DNA of 63,839 nt, filler included, from Folioceros fuciformis (lineage: Eukaryota): the NCBI GenBank assembly GCA_049999805.1. It is 7 parts of 7 records of this genome, joined end to end, with 100 filler letters (N's around TTAATTAATTAA, not from the genome) between each part and the next. Parts side by side here need not be neighbours in the genome. Positions count along the whole stretch, not along the records: positions 20,036 to 26,710 come from JBNGIO010001656.1; positions 26,811 to 41,033 come from JBNGIO010001657.1; 5 more parts are not named here. One strand, 5' to 3'. The notes beneath the pieces are model-generated. The model saw nothing but the letters and a program-made list of their open reading frames with translations, did not search any database and had not been told where the DNA came from. The translations under genes and the position numbers were made by a program. Position 1 is the stretch's first letter, and each line of letters starts with the position of its first letter. Shown in pieces: positions 25,260 through 38,200 of the stretch.

Positions 25260-26710
25260 AAGCTATTAAAGCTTTGTAGTATGTGGGTAACCAAGTCTAG
25301 CTTGCTACAACTGTGTCTTTGCGACTTGTTGTGCAGAGGCTACTATTGTATAATGTGAGGAGACATACTATTGTTACTATTATTGAGATGTAAACGGAAG
25401 AGGTCTCTGTCCGAGGAGCTAGTGGCAAGTATTTTCCTATAGTCTGAGGAATCGATTACTTGACACTTTGATGTGGGAAATAACACGTGTATTATTTTTT
25501 GCATTGAGCTTCCTAATAGATATGAGATTTCTTGTCATGTCAAAAATAAAATAGACATCTAGGATTTGAAGGACAACTCCAGTGGATACAAATAACTTCA
25601 CAATTCCTCAACCAGGTGACTTCAATGAACAATCATCACCAAGGTACATATACTAATCTACAACATAGTTGTATGTATCAAATGCGTTTCTATCAAAACA
25701 CATATGGGCTGTAGCACCAGTGTCTAGATACCATTCAGGAGGTCCTCTAAAATCTGGTTTTGCTGATAGACTTGTTGGAAGCAAGAGAGTACGTGCAAAC
25801 TCCCTGGTCACAACAGTGAGGGCTGCTGGAGTTGCTTTCTTCTTCACAACGATATTTGTTTCACTGCTGGTAGATCCTTTCTTGCCAGGGATATCGGCTT
25901 GTTTCTTTCGACACTCACATTCCTAGTGCCTAGGTAGCTTACACCAGTCACAGGTGCTAGGCTTCTTCTTTGGCTTTTGCGTTGTTGAAGCTCCTTGCGA
26001 ACCTCCTTTATTAGTATTGGCAGATCCTCGGGAATTTGGGTAAGCACCTTTTCCTTTGTTTGAAGTGTAAAATGCTTGTTGCTTGCCAGCACGCTTGTAT
26101 TGGCCTCTGCTCACCTCTTCTTGCATCAGGGGCCCTACTAACTCAGCAAAACCCATCTTAGGGAGATCCAAATTGCCATTTGTCGTGCTAATTTTGCTGC
26201 TTGTGTATGTGCTGCAGTGTGAGAAGTCACAAAATGTCACCATAATTCTGGAAGTGAAAGCATAAGAGATATACAAAGATCTTTTTCATCCATTGTCTCT
26301 TCAGAAGAACTCTCACATTTAGCAGCTAAGGAGTGAAATATACGAACATGCTTTTCAATTGAATCACTCTCTTTCAGTTTATAATTTTGAAAAGTTCTTA
26401 TTGCTGCCATATTACCAATGACATTCCTTGTTGAATATAGGTGCTGCAATCTTATCCAGATCTCGGCTGCGAACTTAGCCTCACCAATCTGCCGTAACAT
26501 GTCAAATGTCAAGCCATTGCGTATAAGGTATATGGATGAGTTGTTTTTGACTAACCATGTTACGCAAGATTCTAATAGTTCATCGTCAGGCTTTTTCTCT
26601 TCACCACTTGTGATCCTCCAAAGCCTTCTATTTTTAAGTGCACCTTGCATTTGAATAATCCAAATATCGTAATCGATCCCTCTGAATTCACCACTTGTGA
26701 TCCTCCAAAG
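25260..26710 (-). mobile_element. Degraded Ty1/Copia gag-protease fragment
   Basis: Gag MQGALKNRRLWRITSG...LMLSLPE, zinc knuckle CDWCKLPRH*xC, protease WYLDTGATAHMC. Confidence 0.88.
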
Positions 26711-26810
26711 NNNNNNNNNNNNNNNNNNNNNNNNNNNNNNNNNNNNNNNNNNNNTTAATTAATTAANNNNNNNNNNNNNNNNNNNNNNNNNNNNNNNNNN
26801 NNNNNNNNNN
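26711..26810. other. Artificial contig spacer
   Basis: 100 bp N/TTAATTAATTAA/N. Confidence 0.98.
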
Positions 26811-29800
26811 TTACCAGAGAGTTGGGACACGTTTCGTACAGCTCTGAGTAATTCCGCTCCTGCCAGTGGTCTTACCGTTGTAAATGTAGAAGGTAGCCTG
26901 TTAACAGAGGAGGTAAACAGGAAGAATATGGAACCTTCGAAAGGTTCCAATGCCCTCATGGTGAGAGGAAGATCCACTTCTAAGGGGAAGAACAAGGAGC
27001 GAAGTTCTTCCCGTAGCAAATCTCGTAGTCGTAACAATGTTGAGTGTTACCATTGTCACAAGAAGGGTCACATCAGGAAGGACTGCGAGAAGTTCAAAAA
27101 GGACAAAGGAAAGGAGAAGAAGCAAAGCGACAACAAAGCAAGTCCAATATCAAGCCTAACGAGGTGAATTCTGTTGACGATGGAGATGTACTTATCTCTT
27201 CTTTCTTTGATTCTGCACAACTGACAGCCGTGGAGAGTCACTTATTTTCTAATTGGATAATTGACTCTAGAGCATCTTTCCATGTTACTCCGCATAGAGA
27301 GTGGTTTAGCACATATGATGCTACTAGGAAAGGATGTGTATGGCTTGGAAATAACTACGCATGCGAGATTGCAGGCGTTGGTGATGTGCAGTTGAAGTTC
27401 GACAACGGATCCTCATTCGTACTAAAGGATGTTAGGCATGTTCCTAAGTTGGCTAAGAGCATGATTAGTGCAGGGCAGTTGGATGACGCTGGCTACCACT
27501 GTTGGTTTGGAGATCGTTCTTGGAAGATCTCCAAAGGTTCTCTTGTGTTAGCTCGTGGATTGAAGTGTGGCACTTTGTACTCACTTCAGGTAACCATTGT
27601 CAAGGATCATGTGATTTGTGTCACGGAACAGGCAAGTGTTTCCTTGTGGCATGGTCGGTTAGGACATATGTCTCAAAAAGGAATGAAGATACTATCTCGT
27701 TTTGGTTACGTCCCTGCCTTTGACTTCTCCGATTTCTTCGTGTGTGAGCACTGTCTGTATGGGAAACAGACCAAGTCACCACATGGAGCAAGAGGTAAAT
27801 ACAAAAGTAAACCTCTTAAGTTGGTTCACAGTGACGTCTGTGGACCTATGCCCACTGTATCGTTAGGCGGTGCGTCCTATTTTGTCACTTTCATAGATGA
27901 TTTCTCACGCAAGGTGTGGGTTTATCCTTTGAGGAACAAGGATGATGTTCTGACAGTGTTTCAGAAGTTTGTCACCCTTTTGGAGAATCAGTCTGGCCTG
28001 TGACTAAAGTGTCTAAGGACAGACAATGGGGGAGAGTATGTTTCGAAGGCTTTCCAGTCATTCTGTGATTCCAAGGGAATTAGGAGAGAATTGACTGCCC
28101 CGTATACTCCTCCCCAGAATGGTGTGGCCGAACGGATGAACAGGACCATCCAAGAGAGGATGCGTAGTTTGTTATCAAACTCTGGATTGTCTAACGGTTT
28201 TTGGGCAGAAGCAGTGGCTACTGCAGTGCATCTTATTAACAGATCTCCTAATAGGGCTATGGATGAACGGGTTCCAGAGGAGATGTGGTTTGGAAACCAG
28301 CCGTCATATAAACATCTACGAGTATTTGGCTGCGAGGCATACTACCATGTTCCGAAGGAGTTTCGGGACAAGTTGGCACCCAAGTCCAAGAAATGTATTT
28401 TTTTTGGCTATGGTAAATCTTGTGAGATGGGATACCGTCTATGGGATCCAGAAGCCAAGAGGATGGTTCGGAGCAATGACGTATTCTTCAATGAGACCAA
28501 GATGCACAAGAAACCTACTCCAACTGTGGAGGTACAACGGGTGGTCTTCCAAGAAGACGGATTTAACCGTCCTGCGCAGGTTGAACGTCGTGATGTGCAA
28601 GAACAAGTTCCTCCACTTGTACAAGAAGAGAGAGTGCAACCAGCTCCGGTCGAGGCGCCAGTACTTCGCAGGTCAGGAAGGATCTCACGTCCTCCTGACA
28701 GGTATGTTGCATCTCTTGATTATGTCATGCTGACGGATTGTGGGGAGCTCTCTTGTTACCAAGAGGCCATGTTAGTGATTGACAAGGACAAGTGGGAGAA
28801 GGCGATGTAGTCGCAAATGGATTCACTCCACAAGAACCAAACTTGGGAATTGGTTCGGTTACCTAAGGGCAAAAAGGCGTTGCCATGTCAATGGGTGTAT
28901 AAGATGAAGGACATACCCCATTATGGCAAACCCAAGTACAAGGCACGATTGGTTGCGAAGGGTTTTAAGCAACAGCAAGGTATTGACTTTGATGAGATTT
29001 TCTCACCGGTTGTCAAAATGACCACCTTGCGATGTGTTCTTGGTCTGGTTGCGAGGCTCGACATGGAACTTGTCCAGATGGATGTGAAGTCGGCATTTTT
29101 GCATGGTGATCTCCAGGAAGAGGTATTCATGCAATAACCAAAGGGTTTCATTGAGAAGGGCAAAGAGAATCTGGTGTGCAGGTTAAAGAAGAGCCTTTAT
29201 GGTTTCAAGCAGGCACCCAGGGAGTGGTATTTCAAGTTCCACTCATTTATGCTTTCTCAAGGCTACAAGCGTAGCGATGAGGATCATTGCCTCTATACGA
29301 AGCAAGCTAAGGAAGGAAGCTTGCTCATTCTGGTCCTCTATGTGGATGATATGCTAATTGCTGGGACTAACAGTGATGAGATTTCAACGTTGAAGTCAAA
29401 GTTGAATGGTCGCTTTGACATGACAGACTTGGGAGAGGCAAGCCATATTCTTGGCATGCGTATTCGTCGAGATAGACAGAAGCGTTTGCTGTACTTGTCT
29501 CAGATTGAATACATTAACAAGGTGCTTCAACGCTTCAATATGGAGAAGGGGAAGGTATTAAGTTCTCCGTTGCCTCCATATGTGAAACTGTCGAGCAAGG
29601 ATTGCCCAAGCTCTGCGGAGGACAAAGCTGAAATGGAGAAGGTTCCATACTCATCAGCTGTAGGGAGTTTGATGTATGCAATGATTGCTACACGTCCTGA
29701 CATTGCCTTTGCAGTGGGAGTGGTTAGCAGGTTTATGTCAAACCCTGGCAGGAAGCATTGGAAGGCAGTGAAAGGAGTTATGAGGTACTTGAATGGTACA

Positions 29801-30299
29801 AAAGCTTTGTGCTTATGTTTTGGTAGTGAAGATGCATCTATCGTGGGCTATACGGATGCTGATTATGCAGGGGATATGGACAAAAGGAGGTCCACATCAG
29901 CTTATGTCTTCATGTGCACTGGAGGGGTAGTTTCATGGCGATCGCGTTTGCAATCGTGCATAACGCTATCTACCATAGAGGCCGAGTATGTTGCAGCAGC
30001 TGAGGCGTGCAAGGAAGCCATGTGGCTTGCTTGTTTAGTGGGAGATTTGGGGGATCAAGATTGAGCTGCCAGTGTTGCATTGTGATAGCTAGAGTGCTAT
30101 CCAATTGGCGAAGAATCCAGTGTTTCATGCGAAGACCAAACATGTAGAAGTGAAGTATCACTTCATTTGAGAGGTGTTGGAAGACAAGAGGGTACAACTT
30201 GTCAAAGTTCACACCAGTCAGAACCCTGCAGATGTTCTCACCAAGGGGCTCTCTTCGGAGCAATTCGCACAAGCTCGGACACTCATGGGCATGAGGTAG
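26811..30299 (+). mobile_element. Ty1/Copia gag-pol, nearly complete but inactivated
   Basis: CYHCHKKGHIRKDC knuckle, protease WIIDSRAS, LWHGRLGH, LVHSDVCGP, PQNGVAERMNRT, RT YKARLVAKGF and LYVDDMLI, RNase H YTDADYAG. Integrase precedes RT (Copia order). Five in-frame stops plus frameshifts. Confidence 0.96.
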
Positions 30300-30328
30300 A
30301 TCACTCTCCTATCAAGGTAATTGGCCTT

Positions 30329-30710
30329 TAAGGGGGCGGTTGTAGGGTTATTAAAGCCCAATGTGCCTAGACTAATGTGTTTAGTCTAAGATTAGTATCT
30401 AGTTAAGTATCATTAGTTTAGATTAGCTTAAGCTAATCTCTAAGAAGCTTCTTGTGTAGCTTCCTGCGGGCTTCTTGTGAAGCTTCCTAGGGAGCTCTTC
30501 TAGAGGGTATAAATACCCCCTTGAGCTCCTTTGTATGTGTGACTCTATTATGAGAGTGTGACCTCTCTTTCTCCTCTCCTCCTTACCTCCTCCTCTCCTC
30601 TCCTTCACCATATAGCTCCCAGAGCGTTCCTTCAAGGCTTATTGTGGACCTTCTACCTTGGGCTTAGTTGGTCATCAATTGTTCATAATGGGAAGGACTT
30701 GATTGCAACA
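30329..30710 (+). mobile_element. Polypurine tract and 3' LTR of the Copia element
   Basis: AAGGGGGCGG followed by TGTAGGG at 30341; TATAAATA at about 30508. Right end approximate. Confidence 0.7.
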
Positions 30711-31562
30711 AAGGCAACGTTGTAACTGGAAAGAGTGGAGAAAGCTAGATTTTTTGGGCCCACTAGAGACCACCAATGAAATCATGCATTTCCCTTGCGA
30801 AGGTAGAGGTCAAATTAATCTACTAACAAGGGCTTCTCTTGTGTTTAACTCGATAAGTGGTTGCTTGCTTTTGTTTATATAAAGTTAGAATCTATGGTGT
30901 AAAGGTGCTCCTTCTCCTCCTCCTTTTAGTAATAGGATGTTTGTTGAAGGTTTAGTTTCTCACATCGGTTTTTGCTTTTGTATCTTCAAAAGCACCTCAA
31001 GCTCATATAACTTGAAATCTTTTCTTCATAAAAAAATAGTTTAATATATACTGACCTTAAGGGCTAGTACTCTTTGGCCAGCTTGCCTTTGCTATTTTTT
31101 CCCCTTTCTTCAGTAGATGAATTTTCCATGAGGTTTTTTCAATAAAGTCTTCATTTTCCTTATTATTTTCTCTTATTTTATCCATCAATAAATAATATAT
31201 TATATGATATTATATTATCTTCCTTTTGATTACAGACAATCACATTGTCATTCACATCCTTAGTTTAAAGACTGGTTCGGCAAAAGCGAAACCGGGTACT
31301 GGGTATGAACCCGCTGGTCCGTCCCAAATATTTTTGCTTCGATTATAAATGGAGGACAGCGCTTTTCGACTGAGCCTCCCCGTTCACAAAGCACCTTCAC
31401 AATTCAGTGTCGAAATTAATCGTTACTCAACTTTAGGCTATTCGAGGGTATTATTTATCAGGATTGTGATCACCTTGTTTTTCTTGTCGTGTATGGTGTT
31501 AAAAGCCCTTCAGCTCTAGGTCGTGACTTTCAGGCAGGAGTGAGCGGCGTTAGCGTCTGACC

Positions 31563-33650
31563 ATGGCGGACGCACCTGCGCCCCGTTCTTTCGCGCAGGC
31601 TGCGGCTGCAGAGGAGGTTGTGGTTCCCTTGAAGGTTGTGCAGATTGATGGCCTGGTACGCTACGTGGAACCCTGTGTGTTCGGTCCATTGTTGGTGGAC
31701 TATGGGAATCGGTTATGGTGGAGGGCTTTGCTGCTCAAGAGCTTTTCTCTGGCGATCTTGTAGGTTGCTTTGAAAATTATTAAGCATTGCAAGGAGTGCG
31801 CTCCAGCTCTTGTCACGGGTCAGCTTCTGGGACTGGATATCGGCAAGGTCTTGGAAGTCACGAATTGTTTCCCCTACCCGGTCTGTATCCTCGGTTCCAC
31901 AAGTCTTCAAGATGGTCGTATTTTATCTTGCATTGGCTGGCACAGTCGCCTAATGTTTCGTCATTGATAAGAGCAGAGTAGAGGTGGGGAGGAGGACGAG
32001 GAGGTTGAGGCTGATGGTGCCAATTACCAGCTGGAAATGATGCGTTATCTCCGCGAGGTGAATGTCGACAACAACACTGTTGGATGGTACGTGCACCCTT
32101 TGTAGGTCTCATCTGTGGAGGGAAGTTTTCGACGTGTTGGTAAAGCTCTGCGCTCAGCGGCTGTAGTAAATGCCCTATCTTGCTGTAGGTATCAGTCAAC
32201 TTACATGGGCTCCTTTCAGACTGTGGAGTTGATCGAGACCTTTTTGAACTATCAGGTGGGTTTTTCTTTGCTTAGGCTTCAAATTTTTGTGAGAGGTTGC
32301 TTTTTGTGCAGAATGCTGATGAGACGGAATACGATTCTCAGGAGAATATCAAGCGCGGTGTCTGTATCATATACGATCCTCTTCGCTCTGGACAAGGAGT
32401 GCTTGCTCTGAAGGCGCTGAAGCTCACGGACTCGTTCATGGACCTCTACCGCTCTCAGAATTTCACGGGAGAAAAGTATGATAAGCCCCCGTCGAATGCT
32501 TTTTTGGCTCGATACTCTGTTATTGAGTTTGTTGCAAATGAGATGCGGATATGGGATTGTGATGTAAACGGGCTTCTGGGCTGAGTAGGTTGAGGGAGAA
32601 GAACATGACATGGAAAGATATATTTGAGGAAATTCCGGTGAGTAGTCTGTATTCACGAAAAGTTTCTTGTCCTTGAGGATTGTGGGTGTCTTCGGCTGTG
32701 AGATTCGGATCTGTTCATGTGACGTGATGGTCATTTGCTTATGAACGGTAGCAATTGCCCATTCCAGGTGAAGATTTCAAACTCAGTCTTAGTGAGTGCT
32801 CTCATGACTGAGCTTGAGACAAATGCGGCAGCCACGCAGGTAGCTTTCCACTTGCCTGCAGTACACGTTTCTTGCATCCCGTGAATTTCGAGTCCTTTTT
32901 CTACCCATGCGATCTATTTGTTAGCAATGTCTGTGGGTCATCACTGGACTGGAATTTTGGTTTGCAGTGTGATTTCGACAGGCTAGTTCTTTCAACAAAT
33001 CCTTTTGTGGAGAAGAACCTCGAGTTTCTCATTGAGTGCATGGACGATCTTGCTATGGAGCAGCAGAAGGTAACTAGCAAACATTTTTTGCATGTGACAT
33101 GAACGTAGTTCATTTTCCATCGTTCCTAAAATTATGTGGAGTCTAACCAAGTGACCGTGATGTGACGGTTCGGTCTATTTTGTGGGAACAGTTCCAGTAT
33201 TATTACAGGAACTTGTCAAGACAGCAGGCGCAGCAACAAGCATGGCTTCAGAAGAGAAGGTTGGAGTTGATTATGAAAGCCACATTTGGAAAACATTATT
33301 ATGGTTTTATGCCTTGACGCTTGATTTCGGCCTGTGTTCAGACAAGAGAACATGGCTCGCAAGTCTTCTAACGAGGAACCGCTTCCCGAGGAGGATCCCA
33401 ACAATGCTATCTTCAAGACCATCCCGGAACCTTCTCGGTTGGACAGTTATCTGATAACGAATCAGATCAACAACTACTGCAGTCAGATTAATGGGTACAT
33501 GCTCATTCATATCTTCATTTCCAATCCTAACCTTTGTCATGTCAATGCTCATCTCGTATGGGATCTCGTCTTGCCAGGTTTGCTGGGCAGAGCTTTGCCA
33601 AGCTGTACTTGATGGACGCCTTCCACAAAGCACAGGATCCCAGGATTTGA
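31563..33650 (+). CDS. TIF3H1: Eukaryotic translation initiation factor 3 subunit H
   Basis: Multi-exon MPN-domain gene: [74 protein letters not shown], ending [16 protein letters not shown] (TGA 33648-33650). Confidence 0.95.
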
Positions 33651-35204
33651 AGGCTTCACATTCTTTTTTGATTTGCCAGGATAGCGCGAGGCACTTGTTG
33701 GCGCCAACGAGTCAGTCCCCTGCTGTGGACGTCTGTTTTGCGGTTGTCCGCATCGGAAGCGACTGTGGACGGTTTAGTGGTTGCGCGAGTAAGTTAGAGA
33801 TGTGAACGGTCATCCCTGCCACACAGGGGCAATTGCTTGGGGAGGTCTGTGTCACTGGGTGTGACCTTTGATGGCAAGATCCCATGAATAATTTAAATTT
33901 TGTTGAATCTTGACTCCTTCTTGGACCATGGCAACGCTATCGTTCTGTCGCCTGCTGTTGAGAGCTCTCATACGCTATCAGGGGATGGAAGTCACCCGCC
34001 AAAACGAGGTGAAGTGAAGGGGCATTCCCCGAAGGTTTAGGTATACTGTGGTCAGTATTTATACAAAGAATGCCAACCTTAAAAATGTTCAATAGGTTTT
34101 TACTAAATATTTAGACTACACTCTTAACATACACTCAAATGGAGACAAAGAGAAAAATGATATTGCACGATTCATCCACTCACAACGGAGCAAATCTTGC
34201 TCTCAGTTGTGGTGGGCTACTAATTGTTTCCTTGCTTGAGTTACAAGGAAGATTTATTAGTTGTGTATAGAGGGTAATCAATATTGTATAGTAATAACTT
34301 GTGCATGTATCACAACCCCTTACTACCACTGCCATGTCTTTATCAACTTTGTAACATAACCCTTCCTTGAATATTACTCTTATAATTACTATCCATGGGC
34401 TTTGCAAAGAACATTGATCAGCATAATTTTTAGAATAGTAACAAATGCAGCTCAAGCACCTTCTTCAAAAGTTTGTGGACTCGTGGTAAGTAGCTCCGGC
34501 CATGTTTCTTATGCACTGTAGTAAGTAGGCCTCTTGTTATTCTGTATCTTGACACAACATTTGGAGAGGAGTAAGAAAATTCAAGAATGATGTTGGAAGA
34601 AAAGCTAGTATCCTTTTTGACCTTCGACCTTGCTCGAGTTCTTTCTCCTCAAGGGTCTTTTGGAGTTGATGAAGTTTTCTATCTCTTTCTACATAAAAGG
34701 ATCATTATTCTCTCATGATTTAATTTTCACTAACCATTTATCCTCATGGTATTGTCATCCCATCGCATGAGATCATGCTGAGTAAATAAAAATCACTAGT
34801 ATATCACATTTTTACTTTTTACTAAATATTTTTTTCGTCACGCTTGCTTTCCTAAAGGATTCTCTGTGATGAGATGTGTGCTAGAAATATAACTCGCCAA
34901 TGCTGCAAATCCCCAAGTGCCACGCATGTTAATTAAGCGCAAACTGAATGTACATACATATAGGACAGGTTACTCAGTGTGAGAGCCCAAGCTACTATCT
35001 TGAAATAGTTCTTACTTATTACGTTTACTCCTATGTACTTACATCCCAGAATTGACTGGCCACAAAGCCAGAACAACCGATTGTCCAGGACTTGTACTGA
35101 CGAATTTCTTGGACCGCTGTGTGCTAATGCACCAGCACGGATTGGCCAGAGAAACCAACTGTGTAGGAGGACTAATACTCACGTGTTGCGTTTACCGCGG
35201 TGTG

Positions 35205-38200
35205 CTAATGCACCAAAACCTTTCCCTGACTGACTACAGAAGCCAAGTATTGCTCCACGTTGTCTAATCCACACAGGCTTTTCACTTTGTCGAGAGTAGC
35301 TGGACTATCCAGCTGGAAAAACCCGTCCGCTCCTTTCAAGTCCTTTCTCGCAGCAGCAATAGCTTCCCTGACTGCACTGTGCACCGACGCGGCCAAGAGT
35401 AGTGGTGGCTCCCCGGAAGCTTCACATAAGAAGCCTTTGCGTCAGTCTCCACCAGACAGATCACTTAGTAGGAAGGCCCAAAAGTGGCAGCAACACCTTA
35501 CCTTTGCCCGACAGAATTCTAGTTTTGTGGGCAGGACTGTTCAGAAGCTCGACGTTGAAAATACGAGGGATGTTGTCAATCGTTGGCGGCTTATACAGCC
35601 ACGTTCCCTCGCTGAGCTGACGACCTTCAGCATTGACTAAGATCTCCTCCGTCAAGAAGAAACCGATTCCTTGAACAAATGCACCTTCAACCTGTGTATT
35701 TCGTGTGTCAAAAGTCTTAACAGGAGGGTCTTGCCCAAGCGGGAAGATGCACAAAATGTGAACACAAACTGACCTGTCCTATGTCGACCGCAGGATTCAG
35801 ACTCTTCCCGGCGTCATAGATGAGGTCTGTTCGTAGGATGACAGTTTCGCCAGTCAACACATTCACCTCCACCTGTAAGGAGTGTCAGCGACATACTTCA
35901 CACTTACAATCGACTATCTTCCCGCCAGCAGGAATGCTCACCTCGCTCACAGCAGCACCAACGGTAAGGTAACTTGACTCTCCAGGCCCAACAGATGAAA
36001 TCGTTTGAGCAGAAAGATCAACTCCTGTCAATTTAGCCTGCACGATCCACAATGAGTGCAATATGATTAGACAGCCTTCGTGCAGGTCCAAGCATCACGA
36101 TAAGAACAAGATCCCTCTCTCCAGGTAGAAGTGAACAACTTGTTGAGGACGATATCCAAGACAGAGACTAACAGAATCATGATGTCACACCACTTACAGT
36201 GCCCACCACCGCCTCCCAGGAGGCTCCATCGGGATTCCCTTCCTCCAGCTTCTGCTTGATGGGCTTCAGCCTCTGTACGAGCATTTTGCATGCGGCAAGG
36301 ACTCCTGCACAGTTAGTCTCTGACGTAGTGCTCCCTCCTGAGATTCCTCCGTTACCCAAGCTGATGGAATCAGCTTGCACTACGCGAATTTTGGAGATAT
36401 CCACACCACCCGGCTTGTCCCATAACTGTCCAAGTCCGAACGCTGCTGCCTGCCTCACCTTGGTGTACAGGCCCTGTCCCATTTCAATGCCCCCGGCCTC
36501 AACTGCCACAGAACCATCAGCAAAACATGTCACCCGACCATTCCTTGAGGAGAGATGAACGACGTAGGTTGTCGGCACCATTGCCAAGCCCCGCTTTGAC
36601 CACCTGCTCCGACTATTGAAGCTCTGGATCTCAGTCTGTCGCTCATTTAGGTCCGCGTTTGTCTTGAGTCGCGCCCACATTTCCGGCAAAGTGAATCCTT
36701 CAGGACCCCCAGCAGTGTCAGGACCCCAAAATGCAGACGCGGATTCCAGCGTGTGCGAATTTTTGTCCCGGACTTCCTGGGCCGTCAACCCAAGAAACGC
36801 AGCAACATGTTGTATGATAGCTTCACCGAAGAAGGCCCCTTGTACATCGCCTGGACCCCTGACAGTGGTCTTACTGGAATGATTAGTCTTGAGAAGACGG
36901 TAATCAGCAGAAAATGCTCCCCAGTCGTATTTTTTAAGAGATGAGTGTACTGCAAGGGGTATAAACATGGAAAGATCCGGAGACCAGCCCCCGATAATAT
37001 CCACTTTTGCTTGAAGAGCCGTCACCTTCCCTTCTTTAGTAAATCCTACAGAATAAGTGGCCTTCATTGGGTGCCGGCCCCCAACAAGCAACATGTCTGT
37101 CTTCCGGTCCAGAAACATCCGGACGGGTCGTTTCAGCTTCCAGGCAGCAACTGCACAAGCTGTTGCAACCTGTCCACAGGAGACACACATTTATGACAAT
37201 CAGCTCCAAACCCAGATCCATCTCGTCAGCAAAGCAGCAAATTCACGCCTTCTCATGTCGACAAAGAAACTTCTACTTGCAATGGGAAGAACCGTACTGT
37301 GCAAGCCTTGGTTCCCTTCCCTCCGAATCCACCACCAATACGGCGAGTGATTGCGCGAACATTGTGCATAGGGATTCCCAAACACTCCGCGACTGCTTGC
37401 TGCACAAATTCAGTACCTTGGCACGCACTGTACACCACAATCTGCCCATCCTCGTCAGGAACAGCAAGTGCTGTGTTCGTCTCCATGTAGAAATGGTACT
37501 GGGAACCACAAGACACCTGCAGTCCCATTCATCCGAGTGAGCAGTCTCAGACAGAAGACAGGCCGGAGAACTCTGCAAACAGACGACATGGCTCGAGAAG
37601 CAACCTCTCCATTCTCGATCTTCAGCTCGGCCTCAGCTAGCGCCTTTTGTGAGTCCCCAACAGGAGTGGTGGCATGGGCAAAAAAAGGAGGAACTGGAAG
37701 AAAAGAACTCCTCGCAACAGCATCCTCTACTGTCAATATCGGGGGTCCAAGTTTCTCAGTGTCATACGCCACTATCACCTTCCCAGCCGCGTCACTTGCA
37801 TGCTGGTAGCTATCGGCCACCTGCCACAGACAAACAAGATCAGACTGAGAATCATGCCAGGAAAATTCAAGTTCATGAAGGGCCTGAACCACGACACCCA
37901 CCAATATTGCCACAGGATGACCATGGAATTCCACTTTGTCCGTTGCAAAAAGAGATTCAGTGATTCCCCATATGTTCATCGCCCTATTCAACCCACCTTC
38001 CGGAATGTCATCAGCAGTCACCAGTGCCACGGCCCCAGGGGAGGCCAGTGCCTGAGAAGCATCAATGCCCGTCACCTCGGCCAGTGCGTGCTCACTAACG
38101 ACAAAAGCAGCATAAAGGCAACCCTCCGGAGAGGGTATGTCATCCACATACACGGCTTCTCCTGCGAGATTCCCAAGCACCAAAGCAAAGTCAGATACGA

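Noticed and set aside
26688-26710. 23-bp repeat of 26601-26623 at the contig end
   Set aside because: Located right at the contig break; likely an assembly edge artefact.
27990-30200. U-to-C RNA editing restoring the Copia stops
   Set aside because: Such editing is organellar. The element also has frameshifts and G>A lesions, so DNA decay is sufficient.
34180-34455. Possible Gypsy integrase zinc-finger relic (VVRGCDTC)
   Set aside because: Too short and degenerate to support as a feature.
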